Below, one piece after another: positions 9,902 through 19,137 of a stretch of 64,000 nucleotides of DNA. Position numbers and translations under genes: made by a program. This stretch comes from Acidimicrobiia bacterium (GTDB lineage: Bacteria; Actinomycetota; Acidimicrobiia; Spongiisociales; ZC4RG35), in assembly GCA_965215185.1 (NCBI GenBank), contig OZ244034.1, forward strand, positions 320,001-384,000, given 5' to 3'. Every line of letters starts with the position of its first letter. Positions within the stretch are counted from its first letter, which is position 1. The notes below the pieces were generated by a model. It saw only the letters and a program-made list of their open reading frames with translations, ran no database searches and was not told the DNA's origin.

Positions 9902-11932
9902 TTGTCCAGGTTGGCGCGGTTGCTGAGCCCCCGGACGGTGGCGATGGTGGGCGGCGATTTGGTGAACCAGTTGGTGGAGTCCTGCCGGCAAATGGGATTT
10001 GACGGCGAGATCTGGGCGGTGAACCCCCGCCGCGACCGGTTGGCAGGGCTGGATTGTTATCCCAGCCTCGAAGAGTTACCGTCACCACCCGACGCCGCCT
10101 TTTTGGCAGTGAATCGCCGCCGGACCATCGAGGCGGTGGCGACCCTGGCGGAGATGGGGGCGGGGTCGGCGGTTTGCTACGCCTCCCTATTCGCAGAGCA
10201 GGGAGAAGATGGCGCCGATTATCAACGCCGCTTGGTGAAGGCGGCGGGAGATATGCCCATTCTCGGCCCCAACTGCTATGGGCTCATCAACGCGGTCGAC
10301 CGGGTGGCTTTGTGGCCCGATCTATTGGGTTGCGTACCAGTGACGGAGGGAGTTGCGCTTATCTCCCAAAGCGGGAACGTGGGACTGAACTTGTCCTTTC
10401 AACGCCGGCAGCTTCCCATTTCCCATCTGGTCACAGTTGGGAATCAAGCCATGTTGGGGATAGAAGATCTAATGGAAGAACTGCTGCAGGACCAAAGAGT
10501 CCAGGGAATCGGGTTGTTTCTAGAATCGGTGCGGGATCCTCACCGATTCCTGGCCGTGGCGCGTGCCGCCCTGGCTGCCCGGATTCCAGTGGTGGCCCTG
10601 CTGGTGGGCCGCTCGCGTCGGGGGGCGGAGATTGCCCGCAGCCACACCGCCTCGATGAGCGGATTGCCTCACGCTTATCGGGCGCTCTTCGACCGGGGCG
10701 GCGTGATAGGGGTCAGGACCATTTCGCAGTTGTTGGAGACACTGGCAGTGCTGGTGGGGACCGGGCCCCTCTCGGGAAACCGGATCGTTTCCATGTCCTG
10801 CTCGGGGGGAGAGGCGTCATATGTGGCCGATTTGTCACAGGGCCGCGGGTTGGATTTCGCCCCTTTGCCGGCGAGCCAAGCCGCCCGGGTGGACCGGATC
10901 TTGGAAGGCAGAGTGACGGTGAGCAATCCTTTGGATTACCACACTTTCATTTGGGATGACCAGGCTCGATTGGAGGAGTTGTTCTGTGAGGTGATGTCAG
11001 GGCCCCAGGACGCCACCATGCTGGTTCTGGATTTGCCGGAGGCGCCGGGTGACTTTTCGGCGTTCAGAAAAACCGCCCAGGCCATGATTACCGCCCGATC
11101 TGTGACGGGGCGCCCGGCTCTGGTTGTTTCGGGTCTTCCTGAGAACCTCTCTGCCGATCTGGCCCGAGAGCTGGCCGCCGGGGAGGTTACTTCCGTACGT
11201 GGCATAGTCCAGGCGGTGGTAGGGCTGGAAGCCGCTGCCCGATGGGGCAGAGCGGTCGATGCCACCACCCCGCTTCCCCTTTCCCCGGTTCCACCGCCGG
11301 CGGCCGAAGTGGTCTATCTGAACGAGGCCGAGGCCAAGGCTCGCATCAAAAGTTGGGGGGTGGCAGTCCCCCGGGGAGAGGTGGCGTCGGCCGATAAAGC
11401 GGTGTCGGAGGCGGAAGCTATCGGGTATCCTTTGGTCGTCAAAGTCTTGGGCTTGGATCATAAGACCGAGCGTGGAGGGGTACGCATAGGACTAAGGAAT
11501 CCCACAGAACTGGAAGAGGCGATTATTGCCATGTCGCAACGGAGCGAACCGGTGTTTCTGGTGGAAGAAATGGTGGAAGAAGTGGTGGCTGAGATACTGG
11601 TGAACGTACGCCGCCAATGGCCGGTAGGGTGGCTGGTCACCCTGGGCGCAGGAGGGGTGCTCGCCGAGTTGGTGGATGATCTCGCCCACTTCTTGGCGCC
11701 GGTGAGCCTCCAGGAGGTACGAGACGGTTTGGAGAATCTGAAAGTCGGTCGGCTGTTGGCTGGATATCGCGGAGCAGCAGCTGCAGACATGGATGCCTGC
11801 GTTACCACGGTTTGCGCTTTGGTGAACGGAGCCCTGGGTGATGGCGACGTGGTGGAGATGGAAGTCAACCCGTTGCTGGTCACTTCTTCAGGCGCGGTGG
11901 TCGCCGATGCGTTGCTAAGCGTGACCCGATGA
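9902..11932 (+). CDS. ADP-forming acyl-CoA synthetase family protein (CoA-binding + ATP-grasp)
   Basis: ILGPNCYG, ISQSGN, SCSGG, NPLDY, HKTERGGV, EMEVNPL. Confidence 0.88.
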   Translation: MSRLARLLSPRTVAMVGGDLVNQLVESCRQMGFDGEIWAVNPRRDRLAGLDCYPSLEELPSPPDAAFLAVNRRRTIEAVATLAEMGAGSAVCYASLFAEQGEDGADYQRRLVKAAGDMPILGPNCYGLINAVDRVALWPDLLGCVPVTEGVALISQSGNVGLNLSFQRRQLPISHLVTVGNQAMLGIEDLMEELLQDQRVQGIGLFLESVRDPHRFLAVARAALAARIPVVALLVGRSRRGAEIARSHTASMSGLPHAYRALFDRGGVIGVRTISQLLETLAVLVGTGPLSGNRIVSMSCSGGEASYVADLSQGRGLDFAPLPASQAARVDRILEGRVTVSNPLDYHTFIWDDQARLEELFCEVMSGPQDATMLVLDLPEAPGDFSAFRKTAQAMITARSVTGRPALVVSGLPENLSADLARELAAGEVTSVRGIVQAVVGLEAAARWGRAVDATTPLPLSPVPPPAAEVVYLNEAEAKARIKSWGVAVPRGEVASADKAVSEAEAIGYPLVVKVLGLDHKTERGGVRIGLRNPTELEEAIIAMSQRSEPVFLVEEMVEEVVAEILVNVRRQWPVGWLVTLGAGGVLAELVDDLAHFLAPVSLQEVRDGLENLKVGRLLAGYRGAAAADMDACVTTVCALVNGALGDGDVVEMEVNPLLVTSSGAVVADALLSVTR

Positions 11933-13197
11933 AAAAAGTTTGGCCACTGATGTTGGCCATCTTTCTGTTCATGCTGGGAAACGGGTTGGGGACCTCTGCC
12001 CTGGGAGTGAGGTCTACTCTGGAGGGGTTTTCCGCCCTGGCCGTGGGAGTAATGATGGCCGCCTATTACCTGGGATACCTGGCCGGAAGCCGCCTGATCC
12101 CCCAAATGGTGGGCATGGTTGGTCACATCAGGGTCTTCGTAGGTCTTGCTTCGGCCGCCTCCATTGTGGTCCTGTTGCACCCCCTTCTTATAGAAGTGGC
12201 GGTCTGGAGTGGAATGCGGCTACTCACCGGCTTTGCCCTGGCCGGTCTGTACGTTGTCTCAGAGAGTTGGCTGAACGGCCTGGCATCCAACTCCAACCGG
12301 GGACAGATTCTCTCGGTTTACATGGTGATGGTGCTGGGTGGGCTGGGGGCCGGGCAGCTCTTTCTTGGGATTGGATCACCGGATGGCATGGAACTGTTCA
12401 TTCTGGTGTCGGCGCTGTTCTCGCTGTCCTTGATTCCCCTTTCCCTGACTCCCAGCGAAACCCCCACCTGTGACCAGCTTGAAAAGAAGTCGAACTTCCT
12501 CGAGGTTTTCCGATTGACTCCGCTGGCAATTTCGGGAGGGGTGGTGGTGGGACTAACCAACTCCACGCTGTTGGGGATGGGGCCGGTTTATGGGGCACAG
12601 CGGGGCTTTTCAGAAGTGTTGATCGGACAGCTCATAGCGCTAGCCATGGCAGGGGCTGTGCTGTTTCAGTGGCCGATCGGCAGATTGTCCGACCGGATCC
12701 CGCGGCGCCACGCCATATTGGGGGTCAACGTTGCCTCGGTGGCGTTGGCTTGGGCGGGAATCTGGTTTTCCGATTCGACATTGGCGATCGCGGCGGTGAT
12801 GTTCGCCTACGGCGGTCTGTCCTTCCCTCTCTACGGGTTGGCTATGAGTCACATGAACGACTGGATTTCCCCCCGCAAGCTTGTGTCGGCGGCGGGTGCG
12901 TTGGTGTTTGCCGTGGGTGTGGGCGCCGTGGCTGGTCCTCTGGCGGCCGGAGGTTGGATGGCATTGGCGGGTCCGGTGGGCCTGTGGTGGTTCTTGGCCT
13001 CGGTGCACGGCCTTTACGTTTGCTACATTCTCTACCGGTTGACCGAGCGACCCAGCATACCGGTTGCCTTGCAAAAGGTGTTCGCTCCCCTTCCTGCTCG
13101 GGGATCGGCGATGGTTACCACTCTGACGCCTTGGCGGCGTACCCGCTCTCGTCGCAACGGGTTGCAGCGCGAATCGGAGAAACTTCAGCGCATTTGA
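11929..13197 (+). CDS. MFS transporter (YcaD-like)
   Basis: About 12 TM helices; VGHIRVF, ESWLN, QWPIGRLSD motifs. Confidence 0.88.
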   Translation: MKKVWPLMLAIFLFMLGNGLGTSALGVRSTLEGFSALAVGVMMAAYYLGYLAGSRLIPQMVGMVGHIRVFVGLASAASIVVLLHPLLIEVAVWSGMRLLTGFALAGLYVVSESWLNGLASNSNRGQILSVYMVMVLGGLGAGQLFLGIGSPDGMELFILVSALFSLSLIPLSLTPSETPTCDQLEKKSNFLEVFRLTPLAISGGVVVGLTNSTLLGMGPVYGAQRGFSEVLIGQLIALAMAGAVLFQWPIGRLSDRIPRRHAILGVNVASVALAWAGIWFSDSTLAIAAVMFAYGGLSFPLYGLAMSHMNDWISPRKLVSAAGALVFAVGVGAVAGPLAAGGWMALAGPVGLWWFLASVHGLYVCYILYRLTERPSIPVALQKVFAPLPARGSAMVTTLTPWRRTRSRRNGLQRESEKLQRI

Positions 13198-13358
13198 TGG
13201 GTGTCGGACGGCCCTTGGCGGGGCTTGCGAAAGCGACGATCCCGACCCCGCGGCGAAAGACCCCCGCGTGATATGATGGCCAAAGGAGAACGGTATTCCA
13301 TCCCATCTCCAGGTCCGCAGGGCCAGTCCGATTTAGCGAGCCACAGACGGAGGCACCA

Positions 13359-14423
13359 ATGGTTGATGCAGATAGGCCTCCGGATCGTTTTACCGGCCTT
13401 CCCATCGTGGCATCCGGAGTCTGGAAGGTGTTCGGCAAACGCATCGCCGACGCTATGGAAATGGCCAGAAACAATGTGGACCAGGCTGGCATCTTGGAGG
13501 AATGCGGATGTGTGGTCGCGGTGCAGGACGCTACTTTTGAGGTGAACCAAGGGGAGATATTCGCGGTGATGGGGCTGTCGGGGAGCGGTAAATCCACCCT
13601 CATTCGATGCCTCTCCCGCCTGATTGACGCCACCGCAGGTACGGTGCTCATCAACGGACAAGACCTGGGAGAGATGCCCGATGTCGAATTGCGGGAACTT
13701 CGCCGCCACACCATCAGCATGGTTTTCCAGAACTACGGGCTGTTTCCGCACCGACAGGTTATCGACAACGTTGCCTTCGGGCTGGAGGTAAGGGGAGCGC
13801 CCAAGGAGGAGCGTTACCCAAAAGCGACAGAGATGATCGAAATGGTGGGCCTGGATGGCTGGGCCGACAAATATCCGGCACAATTAAGTGGAGGGATGAA
13901 GCAGCGGGTGGGTCTAGCTCGGGCCCTGGCGGTTGATCCGGAGATCCTTCTCTTCGACGAGCCTTTTTCAGCCCTGGATCCGCTGATTCGCCGCGACATG
14001 CAAGATGAGTTGTTAAGCCTCCAGGACCGGCTTCACTGCACCATGGTTTTCATAACCCACGACTTCTCCGAGGCGCTGAAACTGGGAGATCGAATCGCGA
14101 TAATGCGATCGGGGGCAATAGTGCAGGTAGGCACGCCCGAAGAAATCGTTGCTCATCCGGTCGACGACTATGTGCGGGACTTCACCCTGGATGTACCTCG
14201 ACACAAAGTGCTGTCAGTCGGAGCAGTCATGGTGCCGCCACCAAAGGGTCATTCCACGAGGGTGGACCTGGAAGGAGAACCGGTGGCGGTTTCCGCCCGC
14301 TTGGAGAGCATTCTTCCTCGGTTGCTGACCGAGGGAAGGCCGGTACCGGTGGTCGACGCCGGCGGTGATTGGTGTGGTGTCCTAGAACCAGCGGTGGTCT
14401 CCCAGTTTCTGTGGCCCGGATGA
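13359..14423 (+). CDS. Glycine betaine/carnitine/proline ABC transporter ATPase (ProV/OpuAA-like)
   Basis: GLSGSGKS, LSGGMKQR, DEPFSALDPLIRRDMQDEL. Confidence 0.92.
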   Translation: MVDADRPPDRFTGLPIVASGVWKVFGKRIADAMEMARNNVDQAGILEECGCVVAVQDATFEVNQGEIFAVMGLSGSGKSTLIRCLSRLIDATAGTVLINGQDLGEMPDVELRELRRHTISMVFQNYGLFPHRQVIDNVAFGLEVRGAPKEERYPKATEMIEMVGLDGWADKYPAQLSGGMKQRVGLARALAVDPEILLFDEPFSALDPLIRRDMQDELLSLQDRLHCTMVFITHDFSEALKLGDRIAIMRSGAIVQVGTPEEIVAHPVDDYVRDFTLDVPRHKVLSVGAVMVPPPKGHSTRVDLEGEPVAVSARLESILPRLLTEGRPVPVVDAGGDWCGVLEPAVVSQFLWPG

Positions 14424-16366
14424 CATCGTTGACTCGACGGCTGACGAGAATGCCCCGCCCGCTCCTGTACCTCGGGGCAGCCGTCGTGGTGCTGGGAGGG
14501 TTGACCGTCCTGTTGCCGGAGAGCATCGGGGCATTCCCGGCCGAGTGGGATATCGGGCTCGGCCCGGCGGTGAACGAGGTACAGCAGTGGTGGATCAGCA
14601 ATCGCCGCGATCTGGGCGTGTATCTGTATTTCTTCGACCCGTTTTCCGACTCCATCGACTGGCTCCTGCGGGCCTTCGAGAACCTGCTGCTTGCCATTCC
14701 CTGGTATGTGCACGTACTGGGAGCGGGTTTAGTCTTCGGCCGCTTGCTGGGAAGGTCGGGAGGCGTGGCGGCGGCGGCGGGCATGGTCTATTTTGTGGCG
14801 CTAGGGCTCTGGCAGCAGAGCGTTCAGACCTTTGCTCTGATGACGGTGGCGGTGGTCCTTGCGGTGGTGATCGGGATGCCGATCGGGATACTGGCCGCCC
14901 GAAGCGAATGGGTGAACAGGGGGTTGAGGCCGGTGCTCGATTCCATGCAGACCCTTCCCGCTTTTGTGTACCTCATTCCCGTCCTGCTCTTCTTTGGAGT
15001 GGCCCGCGTGCCCTCGTTGATAGCCACGATTATCTATGCGCTACCCCCGGTTATCCGGCTTACCAATCTGGGCATTCGGCAGGTACCCATCGAAAGCCTG
15101 GAGGCAGGAAGGATGTTCGGCACAACGTCGGGCCAATTGCTCCGGAAGGTGCAGTTGCCACAGGCCGCTCCCTCCATAATGGCGGGAATAAACCAGACCA
15201 TCATGATGGCGCTGAGCATCGTAGTGATTGCAGCCATGATCGGTGCAGGAGGTTTGGGACAGGAGGTGTTGTTGGCCCTTCGCAACCAGGCAGTGGGTCG
15301 AGCGGTGGAAGCCGGGATGGCCATTGTCCTGATGGCCGTGATGCTGGACCGATTCTCTCACTCCCTGGTGGGACAGGGCCAGGCAGGGGCTGGGTTTTCC
15401 TTGGGAGACTGGAGGCATAAGGGTTGGTGGATTGGGGGGCTGGCGCTGGCCGCAGTGGCGATCGTCGGTTGGTCAGCGGGGTGGAACGACTATCCGGAGG
15501 CCCTGCAGTTCAGTTACGCGGCACCCATCGACTGGATGGTGGACTGGGCGAGGGACAACCTCTACCAACTGGGCAACCTACCGCTGGGCACCGGACCCTT
15601 CAGCGATTTTCTCACCACCTATGGCACCCGGCCGATGAGGCTATACCTCAGTTCGGAGGCTTGGCCGGCCGTCGTGTTTTTTGTCGGATTCGTGGCTTGG
15701 TGGGCGTCTGGCAAACGGTTAGTGGTCGGGTCGGTGATAGGAACCTTTGCCATCGGCCTCTTGGGTATGTGGACTTTGACCATGGACACCTTGTCACAGA
15801 CGGTGGTGGCGGTGCTGATTGCTATTGTGATCGGACTTCCCCTGGGGGTGGCGGCATCTCGGAGGGACTGGTTGGAGAGAGGCATGCGCCCTGTCTTGGA
15901 CACGTTGCAGACCATCCCCAGCTTTTGTTTCCTGGTACCGGTGGTGATCCTTTTTAATGTCGGCCGGATACCGGGAATCATCGCTTCGGTCCTGTATGCC
16001 ATTGCGCCGGTGGTGAGGCTAACCAACCTGGGAATTCGCAGCGTCGAGAGCGAAATTGTCGAAGCCTCCGAGTCATTTGGGGTCACTCGGCGCCAAAAGC
16101 TGTGGAAGATTCAGTTTCCCCTGGCCATGCCCACTGTATTGGCGGGGATCAACCAGACAGTGATGCTGGTGTTGGCCATGGTGGTGATCGCCGGGCTGGT
16201 GGGAGGCGCAGGACTGGGACTGGAAGCCGTCAAGGGGTTGGCCAGAAGCGATACGGGTCTGGGATTTGAAGCAGGCGCTTCAATAGTGATTCTGGCCATG
16301 ATCTTGGATCGGATTACCCAAGGGTGGGCGGCTCGTTTCCAACCTCCCGCGGCGGACAAGACTTAA
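14420..16366 (+). CDS. Betaine-type ABC permease with two tandem ProW domains
   Basis: Motif set RPVLD-QT-P..RLTNLGIR..AGINQT occurs twice; ATG overlaps the ATPase stop (ATGA). Confidence 0.88.
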   Translation: MTSLTRRLTRMPRPLLYLGAAVVVLGGLTVLLPESIGAFPAEWDIGLGPAVNEVQQWWISNRRDLGVYLYFFDPFSDSIDWLLRAFENLLLAIPWYVHVLGAGLVFGRLLGRSGGVAAAAGMVYFVALGLWQQSVQTFALMTVAVVLAVVIGMPIGILAARSEWVNRGLRPVLDSMQTLPAFVYLIPVLLFFGVARVPSLIATIIYALPPVIRLTNLGIRQVPIESLEAGRMFGTTSGQLLRKVQLPQAAPSIMAGINQTIMMALSIVVIAAMIGAGGLGQEVLLALRNQAVGRAVEAGMAIVLMAVMLDRFSHSLVGQGQAGAGFSLGDWRHKGWWIGGLALAAVAIVGWSAGWNDYPEALQFSYAAPIDWMVDWARDNLYQLGNLPLGTGPFSDFLTTYGTRPMRLYLSSEAWPAVVFFVGFVAWWASGKRLVVGSVIGTFAIGLLGMWTLTMDTLSQTVVAVLIAIVIGLPLGVAASRRDWLERGMRPVLDTLQTIPSFCFLVPVVILFNVGRIPGIIASVLYAIAPVVRLTNLGIRSVESEIVEASESFGVTRRQKLWKIQFPLAMPTVLAGINQTVMLVLAMVVIAGLVGGAGLGLEAVKGLARSDTGLGFEAGASIVILAMILDRITQGWAARFQPPAADKT

Positions 16367-16484
16367 AAATCCCGATCTTCACGCAACGGGAACCATGTTT
16401 TTGCAGCACCGGATAGTCCGTTAAGGTCGAGGCAGTCCTAAGATTGTGACAAAATGTAAAGAGTCGAGCGAAAGGAACATTTCA

Positions 16485-17420
16485 GTGAAACGGACAGCAA
16501 TTTTCAAAACCTCTCTTTTCTTGGCGGTTTCTGCCCTGCTAGTTGCCGCCTGCGGCGATGACCTTGGTGATACCGACACCATCAAGATGGCTGTCAATCC
16601 CTGGGGGGGTTCGGCGGCCAACGTGGCGGTGGCCAAGGCAGTGTTGGAGAGTGTGGGTTACACGGTGGAAACAGTTGACATAGACGAGAACGCTCAATGG
16701 GCGGCAATCGCCACTGGTGACTTGCATGGCAGTTTGGAAGTGTGGCCTTCCGGGCATGCTGACAATGTGGCTTCCTACATCGATGGCGGCGGCGGAGTCG
16801 TCAACGGCGGTGAACTGGGAGCAGTGGGCAAGATCAGTTGGTGGATCCCCTCCTATGTGGTGGATGAGAACCCGGCTGCAGGTTCCTGGGAAGGTCTCCA
16901 GGATCCTGCTATAGCCCAGTTGTATGCCACCGCCGAGTCCGGTGACAAGGGACAGTTCCTGATCGGGGACCCGAGCTGGGTTTCCTATGAGCAGGACATA
17001 ATCGACAATCTGGGACTCGACCTGGAAGTGGTTTATGCTGGCTCCGAAGAGGCGATTCTGGCGGCTTTGGATTCGGCTTCGAGCCGCGGTGAACCGTTAC
17101 TGTTCTACTTCTGGACGCCCCATGTGGCATTCGCCAAATATGACATCACCGAGTTTGAGTTGCCGCCCTACTCGGACGAGTGCTATGCCTCAGCGGCGGT
17201 CGACTGTGACTATCCCGCCGATGTCCTGTTCAAGATCATGTGGGACCAGTTGGAGGACCAAGCGCCAACCGCGTTCGCCATTCTCTCCAACTTCAACTAC
17301 GCCAACGAAGATCAGATCTTCATGTTGGGCCTGATGGATGAAGGCATGTCCGTGGACGAGGCTGCTGCCGAATGGATGGCTGCCAACGAGTCCGTCTGGC
17401 AAAGTTGGATTCCAAGCTAA
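16485..17420 (+). CDS. Glycine betaine-type ABC substrate-binding lipoprotein (ProX/OpuAC-like)
   Basis: Lipobox LVAAC, EVW, FYFWTPH; AAAGGA RBS before GTG. Confidence 0.88.
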   Translation: MKRTAIFKTSLFLAVSALLVAACGDDLGDTDTIKMAVNPWGGSAANVAVAKAVLESVGYTVETVDIDENAQWAAIATGDLHGSLEVWPSGHADNVASYIDGGGGVVNGGELGAVGKISWWIPSYVVDENPAAGSWEGLQDPAIAQLYATAESGDKGQFLIGDPSWVSYEQDIIDNLGLDLEVVYAGSEEAILAALDSASSRGEPLLFYFWTPHVAFAKYDITEFELPPYSDECYASAAVDCDYPADVLFKIMWDQLEDQAPTAFAILSNFNYANEDQIFMLGLMDEGMSVDEAAAEWMAANESVWQSWIPS

Positions 17421-17440
17421 GCCTTCGAACACTATCTAAC

Positions 17441-17470
17441 AGTGAGGCCGCCCATCTGGGTGGCCTCACT
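17441..17470 (+). terminator. Hairpin terminator after the betaine ABC operon
   Basis: AGTGAGGCCGCCCA-TC-TGGGTGGCCTCACT inverted repeat followed by CCTTT. Confidence 0.6.
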
Positions 17471-17802
17471 CCTTTAACCGACATCACCAAAGGGACTCCG
17501 ACGCCCACCAAACCGGGTCAAGGCTATCCGGTTCGACCCCCGCCGGTTAGCTTGTTGTAATGGAAGGAGAGTGCGGCGGGCGTCAAGAAACAACGACGAC
17601 GCCATGCGGTGGGAGGGTTGTTCTTCGCAGTACTCTTGATCATCGCCGAAGAAGTGGTCGAGATTGAGTTCTAGGGCGAGGCGGTGCTCGGGCTGCGGTT
17701 GAGGATGCTCAAGCCGCGAGGGTGTTTGGGAATCCGTCGTTTTGACTATTCGGCGGCAATCGCCGAAGTTGGGGAAGGCACAACACAGTAGGAAGGTGTC
17801 CA

Positions 17803-18690
17803 TTGTTTGAGAGTCTTTTGGCAGATAAGGGGATTCTTGTGGCCGATGGCGCTATGGGAACAACCCTGTTCGACTTGGGGCTGGAGAGCGGCGAGTCTCC
17901 GGAGAGGCTTAATGTCGAGCAACCGGAAATGATTGCCCAGGTGCACAGAAACTTTGTGGAAGCGGGAGCTGACCTGATTCTCACCAACACCTTCGGCGGC
18001 AACCGGCGCCGTATGGCTTTGCACCGTTTGGAGGAGCAGGTGGGCAGTTTTAACCGGGCTGGCGTGACAATCGCTCGGAAAGTCGCGTCAGAGGCAAAAA
18101 GGCCGGTGGTGGTGGCGGCAAGTGTGGGTCCCACCGGGGACTTGTTCGAACCCTTGGGTCTGCTGAGTCACGCTGAGGGGGTGGAGGCTTTTTCCGAACA
18201 GATGGATGCACTGGTGGAGGCCGGCGCAGATCTGTTGTGGATAGAGACTTTGTCTGCCTGGGAGGAGATCGCGGCAGCCACCGAAGCGGCGTCTGCCTTT
18301 CCCGTCCCCCACGCGGTGACTCTCAGTTTCGATACCCACGGCCGAACCATGATGGGGTTTCGGCCTTCGGAATTCGGTCAGTGGTGGACGGATCTTTCTC
18401 CACAGCGTCGGCCTGTCGCCTTGGGCGCCAACTGTGGGACGGGTTTGGATGAGGCGCTGACGGCTGCAGCGGCCATCAAGGTGGCCGCTCCCGAGGCGCC
18501 CGTCATCGTCAAATCAAACTGCGGCATCCCGGTCTTCCAGCAGGGAAGGCTGACCTATCCGCGGGGTCCCGAGCAAATGGACAACTACACCCGCCGCGCA
18601 CTGGAGGCGGGATGCACCATTGTCGGGACGTGCTGTGGCTCAACTCCTCAGCACACTCGGGGTATCCGCTCCACGCTGGAGTTGCTTTGA
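17803..18690 (+). CDS. Homocysteine S-methyltransferase family protein (betaine-homocysteine methyltransferase Bmt-like)
   Basis: VADGAMGT, AGADLILTNTFG, GANCG and GTCCG zinc cysteines. Confidence 0.85.
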   Translation: MFESLLADKGILVADGAMGTTLFDLGLESGESPERLNVEQPEMIAQVHRNFVEAGADLILTNTFGGNRRRMALHRLEEQVGSFNRAGVTIARKVASEAKRPVVVAASVGPTGDLFEPLGLLSHAEGVEAFSEQMDALVEAGADLLWIETLSAWEEIAAATEAASAFPVPHAVTLSFDTHGRTMMGFRPSEFGQWWTDLSPQRRPVALGANCGTGLDEALTAAAAIKVAAPEAPVIVKSNCGIPVFQQGRLTYPRGPEQMDNYTRRALEAGCTIVGTCCGSTPQHTRGIRSTLELL

Positions 18691-18779
18691 GAACCGACCT
18701 GCGCCATGACTGAAGCGGCTGCAAGCTCATGCAGTTGCAGGCCGAGGGCCGAGATTGCGTTGTAGTCACTCGAGATCGG

Positions 18780-19110
18780 AAAAACCGTCCCGGTAAGTTG
18801 TCTCCGGTGGAAGCATGCCGGATACTCAATGCCCCACGACCAACATTGAGGAATGCCTTGGGTCGATCCATGCCCATTTCCCCACCGGGTTAGTGAAAAG
18901 GCGGCGGTTAGATCCGAGAAGTCTCGCAAGAAGTAACCACGCCCTCCTCTGTCAAAAGAGATCCTTCGGTTGATGGGCCTGGCACATCAACAACCTCTCC
19001 CGGGCCGCCAACTATGCGATCGGGATGCTTTGCACCAATTAGGGCCAAAGTCCCGGGGGTCATCGACCTTCGAGGCCACGTGATGAAGCCGGAGCGAAGA
19101 ATGTTGGTTT
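18780..19110 (-). pseudogene. Possible eroded remnant of a D-2-hydroxyacid dehydrogenase
   Basis: Minus-strand fragments MTPGTLALIGAK and KAFLNVGRGAL resemble PLTPETxxLIG and FLINVGRG motifs; no intact ORF. Confidence 0.3.
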
Positions 19111-19137
19111 GTCCCCGTCTATTCATACACTGCCCAT

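Noticed and set aside
17474-17800. Minus-strand ORF with LELNLDHFFGD vaguely like a reverse transcriptase motif
   Set aside because: No other RT motifs (no PQG, no YADD); too weak to call
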